From Octopus vulgaris (lineage: Eukaryota): 64,000 bases of DNA. The position numbers and the translations under genes are program-made. The stretch covers positions 85,746,001 to 85,810,000 of the forward strand of contig OX597822.1 of the NCBI GenBank assembly GCA_951406725.2. Reading direction: 5' to 3'. Shown here in pieces: positions 14,485 to 26,974 of the stretch. Below the pieces are notes generated by a model. It was given only the letters and a program-made list of their open reading frames with translations. It was not told the origin of the DNA and did no database searches. Positions within the stretch are counted from its first letter, which is position 1, and every line of letters begins with the position of its first letter.

Positions 14485-16042
14485 CACACACACATTCATG
14501 CATATACATAAGTGTGTGTGTGTGTCTCTCTCTCTTTCTCACATTATCATCATTCTAATCATTTGCTTGGCAGATCCAGATTAGATAGCATCACCGCTGC
14601 TGAAGCACTCTTCTTGTTGTTGTTATGAGGCAACCATTCACAGAAATAGGTCAGCAATTTCATAAAAGTGAGCCAGCAGTTACAGAGCAAACAACAACAA
14701 CAACAAAATGTGAATGAAGTAGACCAGTGTTTTACCATCAGTACAACAAAAGAGAGCGCAGGCATGCATGCAAACAGCCACATAGATTAGATAAGAGAGA
14801 TACACACACACACCAAGAAAAAAAACTGATACATTGATAGAAAGAGAGAGGGAGACAGACAGACAGACACACATCATTTCTACATATTATGCTAATCATT
14901 CCATAATATGCTAAAGGGGGATTCCTATTAATCCATCTTTGGCAAACTGCTAGGGGGCGTTCACTTCAAAAACTGAGTATAAACACAAATACATTTGTTT
15001 GGTTTGTTTTTTGTTCTTTTTGGTTCTTTTACTTACTTTTATTTATTTCAATCTTTCAACTGTGGCCATGCTGGGGCACTGGAAAGTTCAGTTGATGATC
15101 GAAATAGACCAGTTCTTATTTCAAGAAATGGCTTATTTGAATCATCAAGTTTGATGCTTATGCTAATAGGGTCATTGGGCCAAACTGCTAAATTATGGGG
15201 ACACAAACAAAACACCACCAGATCACACACACACACACACAATAAAATTTGAGAGATCGTTTATAAGGCTTTTACTTACACCAATTTACATGTTTCAATA
15301 ACAAAAAAAATTATTAGAATTTTTTTTCACTTGTTCAGTCATTAGACTGCGACCATGCTAGGGCACCACCTTGAAGAATTTTAGCTGAACGGATCAACGT
15401 CAGCACCTATATTTTTCTTAGCTTGGTACATATTCTATCGTTTATTTTCTTTGTTTGTTTCTTTGCTGAACTGCTAAGTTACATGGATGTAAAGACACCA
15501 ACACTGGTTGTCAAGCAGTGGCAGGGGACAAACACACACACACATGTGTATGTGTGTGCGTGTGCATGCGTGCGTGCGTGCGTGTGCGATGGCTTCTTTC
15601 AGTTTCTGTCTACCAAATCCACTCACAAGGATTTACTTGGTCTGAGGTTATAGTTTAAGACACTTGCATAAAGTGCCACACAGTGGAATTGAACCCGGAA
15701 CCATGAGGTTGGGAAGTAAACTTCTTACCACACAGCCACGCCTGCGCCTACCTAAATTTCATGATCCAAACATATGGCTAAATCTTTAGAAACATGTGAC
15801 CTTTATGCAAAACATTTTTAGATTGTTTACAAAAGTAAACATCAAAGGGACAGCAATATGCTTTCATTATATATTTTACACTAAATAACTTATCATAATT
15901 TATTATTAAGGAAACATCTATAAGATATTTTGCTCCTATTTTTTGTGCCTGTTCTGTGTGACAACCACAAACTCCAGAGTCATAGCAAATGATACAAATC
16001 ACATAGCAACATATGTTTGCCAGCATGGAAAGCAGACGTTAA

Positions 16043-16089
<47 letters not shown>

Positions 16090-17175
16090 AGACACATAAA
16101 CACAAATATATACATACAGATGCACACGTGTGTGTGTGTGTTACTTGATGATATCATCACTGTAGATATTCTATCTTTGCTGTTATACAATTGAATTTTC
16201 TCCTAATAAATATCAACACCAGCCATTCACTTGCTGGAATCGGTTCTGTTCCATTGTTATGTAGTTTTCAGTGCAAGAACCACTAGTTTCCATACCTGTT
16301 TCTAGTTCTTCATAACACGGTTCTCTTTTGGTGTCTCACCTAAGAAAATAGATTCACCATTGCCAAAATCCTTTGCTGTTTTAACTCAATTGTTTTGTTT
16401 CATAAGCAACATGTGTCGTCTGTTGTTGCCGACACAAGCTACACTATGCATGTGTGTGTGTGTGTGTGTATGGGTGTTTATGTATCTCTTTGTATGTGTG
16501 TGTAAGCATCAGTAATTGAAATACTGTTGCCGTCCTTTCTTCAAAGCCTGTTGAAGACTGACATTCTGAAATATGATTGTCCAAGAATGACATTGTTTAA
16601 GCAGTGAACTTGTTCCCCACCCACAAGATATTTTTTTGTGTGTGTCATCCTTTTTACAAGTCACTTTCTAATTTATAGAATTCTCTTGTGATAGACAAGT
16701 CTCTTGTAACTCATCTCTTTGAGGTAGAGGGAAGGACGGATGGAGTCGGAGGAAGGCACACACACACACACACACGAATGTAACAATTTAACATTTTACT
16801 ATCCAATAATTTGTGACATGAAGGCCGCAAGCTGTCACACAGGACAAAATGCTTGTTGGCATTTCATTTATCTTTATGTTCTGAGTTCAAATTCTGCTGA
16901 GGTTGACTTTGCCTTTCATCCTTTCGGGGTTGATAAAATAAGTTCCAGTCAAGCCCTGGGATCAATGTAAACAACTTTCCCCCTCCCCCAAAATGTCTGG
17001 CCTTGTGCCAAAATATGAAACCAATAGTTTGTGACATTCTTCTTGATTTGATGGACACACTGGAGATTAAGCCAAACATTACTGGCCACACACCGCACGG
17101 AAAGTTTAAGGAAAAAAACTTTGTATTTACATTATTTACATTTGATGGATATTTGTCCTCATTTTGTTTGTTGTT

Positions 17176-17220
17176 TACACAATGTTTCGGCTGATATACC
17201 CTCCAGCATCATCAGGTGTA
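17176..17220 (-). ncRNA. minimal type I hammerhead ribozyme motif
   Basis: Minus strand: tacac CTGATGA t gctg-gagggtatat-cagc c GAAA catt gtgta, with a perfect 5-bp stem I. Confidence 0.68.
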
Positions 17221-17255
17221 TTGGGAATGAGAACCCAGGTTTGAAATTTCCCCAA

Positions 17256-17301
17256 GACACCTGATGAAGGCTAGATGGTACATGAGCCGAAATGTTGTGT
17301 T
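17256..17301 (+). ncRNA. minimal type I hammerhead ribozyme motif
   Basis: gacac CTGATGA a ggct-agatggtacatg-agcc GAAA tgtt gtgtt. Predicted cleavage after 17296. Confidence 0.7.
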
Positions 17302-18213
17302 AGCAACAAACAAGATGAGGATAAATATCCGTCAAATGTAAATAATGTACATAATTCCTCTTAAATATAGAACTGTTTTAACTTTGTATAAAGTTAAAAA
17401 CTTGGAGAAACATGAAAAAAATCACAGTTTACTATGTTTTATTAATCATAATTATGTGTAAGAAAGTTATTATAACACGTTTTTTAAGATGTTTAACCAT
17501 TAGTATGAAGTTGGTAAAGCCTTGAATTGTATTTGAAAAATAAACTGTAGAGGATATCTAGATATTCCTTGCAGGGCATCATTTGAGAATCACCAGTCCA
17601 GAGAAAATATTAGAAGAGTGTGCATTCCTGCCATAGGTCATGTTAGGATTGGAGAAGACCGTGTCTATGTCTAGACAATGCATTAGAAGATAGGATGTTT
17701 CTGTTACTAGGACGTGTTGGGGCTAAATAAAATTATCAAGATTAATTCTGTGGTGATAAGGCAACATCTGAAATTCTTGCATCTGAGAACTTAAAACAGT
17801 GACAATATTGCAGTTAGAAAAGCTAATTGGTATGTCAAAGGGCTAGAGAAAACCCCATAACTAATTATTGTAAAGGGCCACAACTAAGCATGTTAGAGGA
17901 CCCTATCACATTCTCATCCTCATCATTTAACATCCACTTTTCATGCTGACCATGTGTTGGATGATTTGACAGGAGCTGGCAAGCTGCACTAGGCTCTAAT
18001 TGCTGGATGCCCTTCTTAACGCCAACCACTTTACACAGTGTACTGGGTGCTTTTTATGTGACACCAGCACAGGTGCTTTTTTACATAAGTATTGAATGTA
18101 ATAAAGATCCTATGTCAGAAGACCCCACAACTAAGACAATTAGTATATGTAGCAAAGGCCTTAATTAACAATGTTATAACCAGAGAAGACCCAAATGGCT
18201 AAATATCCTTTCA

Positions 18214-18261
<48 letters not shown>

Positions 18262-19533
18262 TTTACAATTTTCTTGTTTTGGGAAAATATTTAACTCCTT
18301 TTCATTGATAGAAAAAGTTGCTTAACTTACATAGACACACACGACCAAGAAACACAACCACCACCGTTGCCACCACCATATTTTTACTTACAGCCCCAAC
18401 CCTAACAAACAGTACAATTGATAACTATTTTTAGCTGTTCATCATATAAACACAACGCTAAACAGCTGTTTCACTAATGTTAACAAGACTGGAAACTGTA
18501 AAGCGAGAGTGGGGTATGGGGGCAGGATGGAATGGTGCGGGGGCAGAGGATTAATACAAGACTTTTTAATATTTAAGTAACAGAAGAACAATTTTACATA
18601 ATTTGACTTGAAAACTCAATAACTGTACAGCAGATGAGAGAGAAAGAGAGAGAGAGAGAATGAAGAAGATTTAAATGAAGGCCAATCTATTTCTATGGCA
18701 TCGACTAAAGCAAGAGACTATTCATTTAGAATAGTACCTAATCATTACCATTCCACCACTGCCGCACCCCACTCCTCCTCCACCACCACCACCACCACCA
18801 CCACCACTCTCCCACTTTAACTGAAATCAGACAAGACACAAAACAATTAAATTGAAATAAACATATGCATGCATGCACACACACACATACACGTATGTTC
18901 TCTTCTGTTTTTAATTATCTAAATTCTTCCTCTGAAGAAGGAGTTGGTTTCTTACAAAGATACAAAACTCCATCGTTGGAATGTTGATAACTAAAGCAAA
19001 GTCTCATTTTAAACTTGAAGAAAGTCTTGCATATTTTTACTGTTCCATTTACAGGTTGTGTTTGTAATATGTGAATCAGTTGGTTGAGTTCTTTGTTCTG
19101 AAAACCCTAGCTTATCCAGATTTTGCATATTTTAATGTCCATTTTCTCTGTCACACTCTAACCTTTCATCCTCTGACACAAGTTCCCTTCCTCAAATGCC
19201 CTACGCCTCTCATAATTTCTTGTCTTGTGACTTACTTGGTTACCCTGCCAGTGCTGGTGCCACGTTAAAAGCATCTAGTCCACACAGGTTGGCATTTGGA
19301 TGGGCATCTAGCTGTAAAAATCTTGCCAAAACCAACTTTACCTGTGCTTGTGCCACATAAAAAGCACCAAGTCCACTCTGCAGAGTGGTTGGTGTTAGGA
19401 AGGATATCCAGCCATAAAATCCCTGCCAAAACAGACTAGTGGCTTAGGGTAGTTTTTCTACTTGGGTGGCTCCTGTCAACCATCCTACCCATGCCTGCAT
19501 GGAAGATGGACGTTAAACAATGATAATGATGAT

Positions 19534-19567
<34 letters not shown>

Positions 19568-19579
19568 TATATACATATA

Positions 19580-19780
19580 TAGTGAATTCAAACAAAGAAG
19601 AACAAGCAAGAAAAACCAATAACACGAGGACGTGGTACAAGTACTGTATTATCAAGCCCTCAAGAAAGGAAGGATTTAACATTTCAAGCCAAGCTATTCT
19701 TCAGAAATAGAAAAAAATCCAAAGGAAGGAAAGACAGAGAAAGAAAATCACCCATGAAAACACGGTTATATTTTGAAATG
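19580..19780 (-). mobile_element. probable second Penelope-type terminal repeat with a degenerate hammerhead (19674-19708)
   Basis: Minus strand: attt CTGAAGA atagcttggctt GAAA tgtt aaat. The element sits next to a (TA)n tract. Confidence 0.4.
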
Positions 19781-20644
19781 CAGATGTATATATGCCTTGT
19801 TGAAGTTGGTGTTAACATTGAATGCATTGAGCATTAAAAGAGCCAACAATTAGATAGGAGGAGAGGACACCTGAGCTTGTCCCTCATACTTTAGCCTCTC
19901 AAAGCCTAGCATAAAACCACAGCTCAATGATGCTGCTGAGAATTGATGATAAAACTGGATATGGTAACCACTTTGAACAAATAACAGCTGTTATTGCAAT
20001 CAGAGTTTAACTTGATTGGATGTTAGCTGATTAATTGAAGGTATAGAATGCAATAGCAACAACTGAGACAGATTTGTAAAATATATTCAAAACCATTAAA
20101 ACATCAACATATTGCAATATCCTAAGATGTACTATGGGTTGCATGACAGGCTCATTTAAAAGTACCCTTGGTGCATTGGGGGAGACAATATGCTTGAGAA
20201 GACCTGTTGTGTCAAGTAAAACTAAAATCGTAGCTGTGGCCAGTGCCCACTGACTGGCTCCTGTGCCAGTGGCACGTAAAATGCATCATCTGAACTTGGT
20301 TGATGCCAGTGCCCCCTGACTGGCTCCCATGCTGGTGGCACGTAAAAAGCACTATCCGAACATGATCAATGCCAAGCCCACCTGACTGACTCCTGTGCCA
20401 GTGGCACGTTAATTACACCCACTACACTCTCGGAGTGATTGGCATTTAGGAAGGGTATCCAGCTGTAGAAAAATTACCAGATCAGATTGGAGCCTGGTGT
20501 AGCTGCTGGCTTTCCAGACCTCAGTCAAACCGTCCAACTCATGCCAGCATGGAAAGAGGACGTTAAACGATGATGATGAAGTTATCTCCCTTGCCGGATA
20601 TATTAGCAGTGCAGGAACTGTGAGAGGATAGAAATGATGCTTTA

Positions 20645-20875
20645 AGGCGGCAAGCTGGCAGAAACGTTAGCACACCAGGCGAAATGCTTAGCAGTATTTC
20701 ATCTGCCACTACATTCTGAGTTCAAATTCTGCCAAGGTCGACTTTGCCTTTAATCCTTTCAGGATCAATAGACTAAGTACCAGTTATGCACTGGGGTCGA
20801 TGTAATCGACTTAATCCCTTTGTCTGTCCTTGTTTGTTCCCTCTATGTTTAGCCCCTTGTGGGCAATAAAGAAAT
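20645..20875 (+). mobile_element. tRNA-derived SINE family B (MetaSINE-like)
   Basis: Head ggcg..gctggcagaa...ttctgagttcaaattc and central gactttgcctttcatcctttcggggtcgataaa..aagtaccag, which resembles the Meta domain. About 20 copies, e.g. minus 1790-1985, 2390-2595, 4030-4215, 13150-13350, 40175-40380, 42443-42670, 43330-43548, 60280-60475; plus 16822-17020, 21671-21880, 27567-27780, 45267-45460, 58655-58825, 61205-61500. Confidence 0.82.
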
Positions 20876-23800
20876 ATGAAATGATGCTCTTCCAGAATGC
20901 ATGGGGAGGGTTCCTCTACCATGAGATTCCTCGTCATACAGCAGGGTTTGGACATTAATATGCTACGCTTGTTGTAGTATCATCCCTTCATCTATGAACA
21001 ATATTACCCAGACAGCAGTCTAGTAGGTCATTTACGATTTGATGTGAATCAGCTTCAATCAGTGAAGAAGACATTCCACAGGTTAATCCAGCAATCAGCC
21101 CCCCCCCCTCCCGAACCCTGCACACACACACACACACATTTCAGATGGCTGTCTTATTTGGAAAAAGAATAAGATATTAATGTTTGTCAGGAGACCAGCA
21201 GCCATGCTGACAACAACACCAACAACATCTTCCCTGATAAATAAACCATTTCAACATGTCGTGTAACTTGTTAAACATTCCAAGGATTCACATGTCATTG
21301 ATCTTTGAATGGTTTCTTGTGTTTTTTTCCTTTCTTACTAACAAGACCAACCAATAACAACAACCTTATAAAATGCATTACAGGTTCAATAACTAAAGAA
21401 GACTGCTTTAAACACAAACCAGGTGTTAGGTCAAATTATTTTGACTTCTACATACATTTCTTTCATCATCATTATTATTATAGGTTAATTCTACCTTTCA
21501 TTTTCTTTCAGGTAGAGGAGGGAAGATGATAAAGTAACCAATAAAGTACAGCGGGGTCATGTGCCTCTTCCCCTCAAAATTGCTGGCTTTGTGCCAAATT
21601 TTGAAACGTTGTTGTTGTTGTTATTATTATTATTATTATTATTACTATTATCATTATTATTATCATGATAAAGGCATGGAGCTGGCAGAATCATTGGCAC
21701 AGCAGACAAAATGCTTAGCAGTATTTCTTCCACTGTTATGTTGTGAGTTCAAATCCCACTAAGGTTGACTTTGCCTTTCATTCTTTCAGGGTCAGTAAAG
21801 CAAAGTATCAGTCAAGTATGGGGGTCAATGGTATCAACTGACCCCTTACCCCAAAATTGCTGGCCTTGTGCCAAGATTTGTAGCCATCATCATCATTATT
21901 ATCATCATGGATTTTTCTTCTTTCAAATTAGTCTATTTCTTGCTGAGTGTCTTCCTGACACCTAGGGCAAAAAAACTCACTGTATACATTCATAAGTCAT
22001 TCAAATAAACACACCAGATTGTTTGTTTACAAAGTTATGTGAAAGAAAAAAAAAAGAAAAACTTGCCATGGGTTGTAATTGTCCTCACAGCAACAAAGCT
22101 CTTCTCAATATGTGTGAGGAACCAGTTAGAACAATGTTTTGCACTTCATGCATGGATGGGAAACCAGGGATCAAAATGTAAAATGAGGAAGGGGATTAGC
22201 AGAATCATTAAAGAGATTTCCTTTTTACATTCAGAGTTCAAATCCCATTAAGATAACCTTTATTTTTTTATTCTTTGGGCATCGATGAAATAAAGTACCA
22301 GTTATATATTGAAGTTGATGGCATCAACTAACCAGTGCTTACACAATTGCTGGCCCTGGGGTTCAGTTAGAACCCATCATCAAATGTAGGTGTGGGGCTC
22401 CAAAAGAGGTCTCAGGGAGTAGCGTCCCTACCTTCCTGAGATAGTTTTCCACTACATTTCTTAAAAATCATGATAGAGGCCTTGGTCTCGGAACCACTCA
22501 TGTCTAGAAATGAGGTTGAGGGTAAGCAAGAGCATGCTCCGCGTAAAAAACCCAGCTCCAAAAAAGCCCCATGATAGTAAGGGAGAATGGATACCAGCCA
22601 GCCCAAAGGTTGAGGTAAGCTGCATCTGCCTACCTTGGTTGCTATGGCATTGAGGTAGATCTGGCTACCCCCATTAACAGGGACAAAATCCAGACTCAAA
22701 ACACTGGATGAGGATGATGATGTCAAATGGTGAAGTGGTTAATTCATTTAAGACAAAATACTTGGTGGCGTTTGTTCCAGCTGTTTGCATTCTGAGTTCA
22801 AATCCAGCCAAAGTCAACTTTGCCTTTCTTCCCTTCAGGGTTACTAAAAAATGGCACCAGTCAGGTATTGGCGCCAGTTTTGTCAATGGAAACGGACTTT
22901 CAAATCTGAGAAAGATATTTTCTATATATTACTTAAATTATTGTTTTATTCTACATTTTTATTTATTTTATGTAAATAGGTGCAGATGTAGCTGTATGGT
23001 ATTTCAGTTCCTGACCACATGGTTCCAGGTTCAGTCTCACTGCATGGCATCATCAGCAAAGTGTCTTCTACTATAACCTCAGGCTGACCAAAGCCTTGTG
23101 AGTAGATTTGGTAGAAGGAAACTGAAAGAAGCATGTGTGTGTGTTTCTTTCCCACCACCACTCAACAACTGGTGTTGGTTTGTTCATGTCCCCAGTAACT
23201 TAGCAGTTCAGCAAAAGAGACCAATAGAATAAGTACCAGGCTTTAAAAAAAGGTCCTAGAGTCGATTCATTCAACTAAATGTTCTTCAAATGAATGCCCC
23301 AGCATGGCCACAGTCTAATAACTGAAACAAGTAAAAGATAAAAGATGTTTTTATTTCATCAAGTTATCTTTTGTATGTCATGTCTCACCCTTCATCTTCG
23401 TAGAATTTCTCTGGTCTGTTCTGCAGCACATCCTTTTCCAAGACCCCTCTTCAATGTTCTTTGTATTTTATAGCATTTCTTTGAGCCTTTGGGACTAATA
23501 AAGGAAACAACATCATCATCATCATTTTTATTGTTGTTTTGGGTGTTCCACACTTTTCTAATCCCTAACAGGTTTAACTTGTCACTCCAAAACCAGGTAC
23601 AGCCCAGCACTGGCATCAGCTGTTCCTTTTCCTCTTCACATCTTTCTAACACCTGGACATTCAGCAACAGTACATGTTCCAAAACTACTGACAATACAAA
23701 AGTGTGTGTGTGTGATTAAACTATACCCTAATAAAAACATTATTTATCACCCCTCTTGCTTGCTACATAAACCTAGGGTCAGTAATAAATTGTCAACCAG

Positions 23801-24222
23801 AGATTGTTTTTAATTGATATATATATCACCCACACACATACATACGCCCCCCCCCACACACACACACAACACACGCCCCCCACACACACACACAGACACT
23901 GATTTAACAAATGAATGAACAGGTACTCCACCCATGTTATCGAGTCTTTTTATTTATACAGAAGATTGTGATTTACAGTTGGTACTCAGAGTTTTGACAA
24001 GTGACAAGTTTCTATCCATGCTTGAAAGGGAGAGTCCACGCAAAAGATGGGACGGGGTGGGGGTGTCACGATCTTTTCCCCATTCCCTTTCCCAAACTCA
24101 TAAATGCAGACAGGTTATCTGATATAATGTTTTATGATGACCAGATGCTCTTCCTGTCACCAACCCTTCTTGGTCACTCTTTACAATCCACCCTGACAAG
24201 GTGGACAAAGTTTCAAATCTCA

Positions 24223-24277
<55 letters not shown>

Positions 24278-24519
24278 TCATACATGTATGTGTATTACTG
24301 TCTATCCACATGCGTTTGTGTGTGCACATATGTAAACATATACAAATCCTTACTGTTCTCACACACACACATACACACACATTTATACATGCCAGTCCTG
24401 ACTGAATTTCGATTCAACCCCTTATATGTATCATGCTTAAGTCTTCACTTTCAAAGAAGTCATTAAAATACCACCAAACACATTTACTGGGATCCATTCC
24501 AACAGACAAGAGTCTCCCA

Positions 24520-24674
24520 CACAAAATGTTTAGCAGGGTTTCTTCTATCTTCTGTGCTCCAAGTTCAAATTCTGCAAAGGTCAACTTTGCCTTTCACTCT
24601 TTTGGGGTTGATAAAATAAGTACCAGTTGAGCACTGGGCAAGATATTTCAAGCCTTGTGACTATAGTAGAAATG

Positions 24675-24706
<32 letters not shown>

Positions 24707-25200
24707 GGTGGTGAGCTGGCAAAATTGTTAGCACGTTGGATGAAATGCTTAACAGTATTTCACCCATCGCCACATTCTGAGTTCAATTTCCACCAAGGTC
24801 GACTTTACCTTTTGCCCTTTTTGGGGTTGATAAATTAAGTGCAAGTGAAACACTGGGGTCAATGTAATCAACTAGCCCCCTCCTCTCAAATCTGAGGCCT
24901 TGTGCCTCCAGTAGAAAGTATTATTATTATTATTATCATAATTATTATTATTATTGTTAAGGTGGTGAGCTGGCAGAATCGTTAGCATGCCAGGCGAAAT
25001 GCTTAGAAGCATTTCACCCGTCCCTATGTTCTGAGTTCAAATTGTGCCAAGGTAGACTTTACCTTTCACCCTTTCAAGGTCGATAAAATAAGTACCAGTT
25101 GAGCACTGGGGTTGATGTAATTGACTTAACCCCTCACCCAAACTTGCTGGCCTTGTACCAAAATTTGAATGCATTATTGTTATTATCCTTATTATTATTA
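24520..25200 (+). mobile_element. three head-to-tail family B SINEs separated by (ATT)n tails
   Basis: Units at ~24520-24704, 24705-24957 and 24958-25200. The second and third begin aaggtggtgagctggca directly after an (ATT)n tract. Confidence 0.85.
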
Positions 25201-25214
25201 ACTATCACATGACT

Positions 25215-25245
<31 letters not shown>

Positions 25246-25375
25246 TCTTTGGTGTCCCTTGTGCTGCAATGTTGGCAACAATAGCTAGAACATTCCTTCA
25301 AGTTTTCGTTCCAGCAGCAGACTTCTAAGATACAAAAAAGTTTTTAAAAACTCTTGTGTTTCAGATGTGACATGA

Positions 25376-25606
25376 GCAGATATTAATAAATCAGGTATAG
25401 CTGATCATGTATGGAAAAATGGAGGCCACCTCTCCCTGTGGGATGAAGTTAAAATAATAGACAGAGAACACCACTGGAAAATACGAAAACTAAAAGAGGC
25501 AGCATATATGCTGGGACATAATAACCTCCTAAGTAGACCAAGTGCAGATATGAGTAGCATATGGGAACCAGTATTAAGGAAGGATAGGAAAATATTAGAT
25601 TTATGA
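25376..25606 (+). pseudogene. Penelope-like element GIY-YIG endonuclease C-terminal fragment
   Basis: Manual translation (no ATG, absent from the ORF track): ADINKSGIADHVWKNGGHLSLWDEVKIIDREHHWKIRKLKEAAYMLGHNNLLSRPSADMSSIWEPVLRKDRKILDL*. It shows the typical PLE pattern S-x-(I/V)-A-x-H...W...K-I-I-D-x-E...R-K-x-K-E-A. Confidence 0.8.
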
Positions 25607-25637
25607 GCCCTAAAAATTTCACTCCATAATTGCCCAT

Positions 25638-25710
25638 GGGTATATGGCATAGTGGTTAAGAGCACAAGCTATTAACCCCAAGATTCTGAGTTCGATTCCA
25701 GGCAGTGACC
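25638..25710 (+). other. tRNA-derived segment (Pol III A/B boxes) inside the Penelope terminal repeat
   Basis: A box TGGCATAGTGG and B box GAGTTCGATTCC. The acceptor stem does not pair, so this is not a real tRNA. Confidence 0.7.
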
Positions 25711-25769
25711 TGAATAATAATATCAAAAAATACCTTAGGAATGAGAACTCAAGTTCGAAATTTCCCCAA

Positions 25770-25813
25770 GACACCTGATGAAGGCTGGAGGGTATATCAG
25801 CCGAAATGTTGTG
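25770..25813 (+). ncRNA. minimal type I hammerhead ribozyme motif
   Basis: gacac CTGATGA a ggctg-gagggtatat-cagcc GAAA tgtt gtg. Core boxes are intact, stem II is 5 bp, and stem I is shortened by a downstream deletion. Confidence 0.72.
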
Positions 25814-26974
25814 ACAAATATCCGTCAAGTGTAAATAATGTAAATAATCCCTGATTTGATACTCGGTGAGAACTATCCAGAGACACATGCATGGACATTG
25901 CTGATTTATAGTCAACAACCTTCCATAATGTTCTATCAAACTTCCATGGGTTGGGTCAACCCAACCCATGGAAGTGGTAGACACTAGTTATAAAACCCAC
26001 AGGTTTTATAACTGCAAAGTTTACGACTCAGTTACACTCCTACATACATGTATGTATATAAAATGTAGGCAGGTACTTATAATATGTATGTAGGTGTGGG
26101 TGCAGACACATACACATACAGATTAGTATAGTAGCATTAAATATCACATGATCTCAAATGTATATGTAAACATTCGTACGCACACACAGAAGACACAGAG
26201 TCTATTAAAGCAAGCCCAAAATAGAGGCAAGTGAGCCGATAAAGTGAAGTGCAACTCCTTTTTCAGCAGCCATGACCCACAGAACCAACAACATTTCAGT
26301 CCACAGCTAATCTCAACAAAAACATTTATTACATTAGATTTTTGCAAGATATCCACCCTTACATAGAGTCTCATTAACTCATCTACCCCCCACCCTATCC
26401 ATATTATTTCCACCCTCTTACACTTGTATGTCTGAAAAAAGAAAACAGATTTGTCTGTGACACTTTAAGTGTTTTGAAACTGTGCAGTTCTTTGGCCTCT
26501 ATTTTGGCATTTCCTTCATATTTATACATGTGTGTGTGTGTGTGTGTGTATTGTGCTTATATCAATGCATCTATGTCTTGTGTGCTTATGTATGCATATA
26601 TGTATGAGTATTCGTAGGTATTTCCTTGGCAACAGGGAGCCAGACTCTGGCTCCAGTGTAGTAATAAAGACTCCCTTGTTGGAATTCAGACAGTGGTAAG
26701 TGTGTGTGTGTGTTTTTAAGAGACAGACAGACAGACAGAGGGAGAGAGAGAGAAAGAGAGAAGGATGGGTGTGTGTAAGAGAGAACACTTCTAAGTAAAC
26801 AGTTCTGTGTAGCAAAGGGTTTCTTGGTAAACATGGTTTCCATAGTGGGTTGCCTCTGTTTTTTTAATTTTTGTCAGTAGATTTAGGAAAGGTATGAATA
26901 CCACATTATTATATTGTCACCCCATTTTGGAAAGAAACAATATTTTATCATTATTATGGAAGCAATGACAAGCG

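Larger units (their letters stand above)
17127..17379. mobile_element. Penelope-type inverted terminal-repeat insertion carrying two opposed hammerheads
   Basis: About 100-bp inverted arms (~17127-17225 and ~17251-17348). Flanked by the direct repeat aactttgtat (17117-17126 and 17380-17389). Homologous to 25737-25850 and 60868-61158. Confidence 0.8.

Noticed and set aside
18925-18990. CTGAAGA followed by an aggagtt...aactcc stem
   Set aside because: The stem is not followed directly by GAAA and stem I cannot be formed convincingly.
25638-25710. Functional tRNA gene (also 61032-61104 and the SINE heads)
   Set aside because: No acceptor stem pairing, and all are embedded in repeats.
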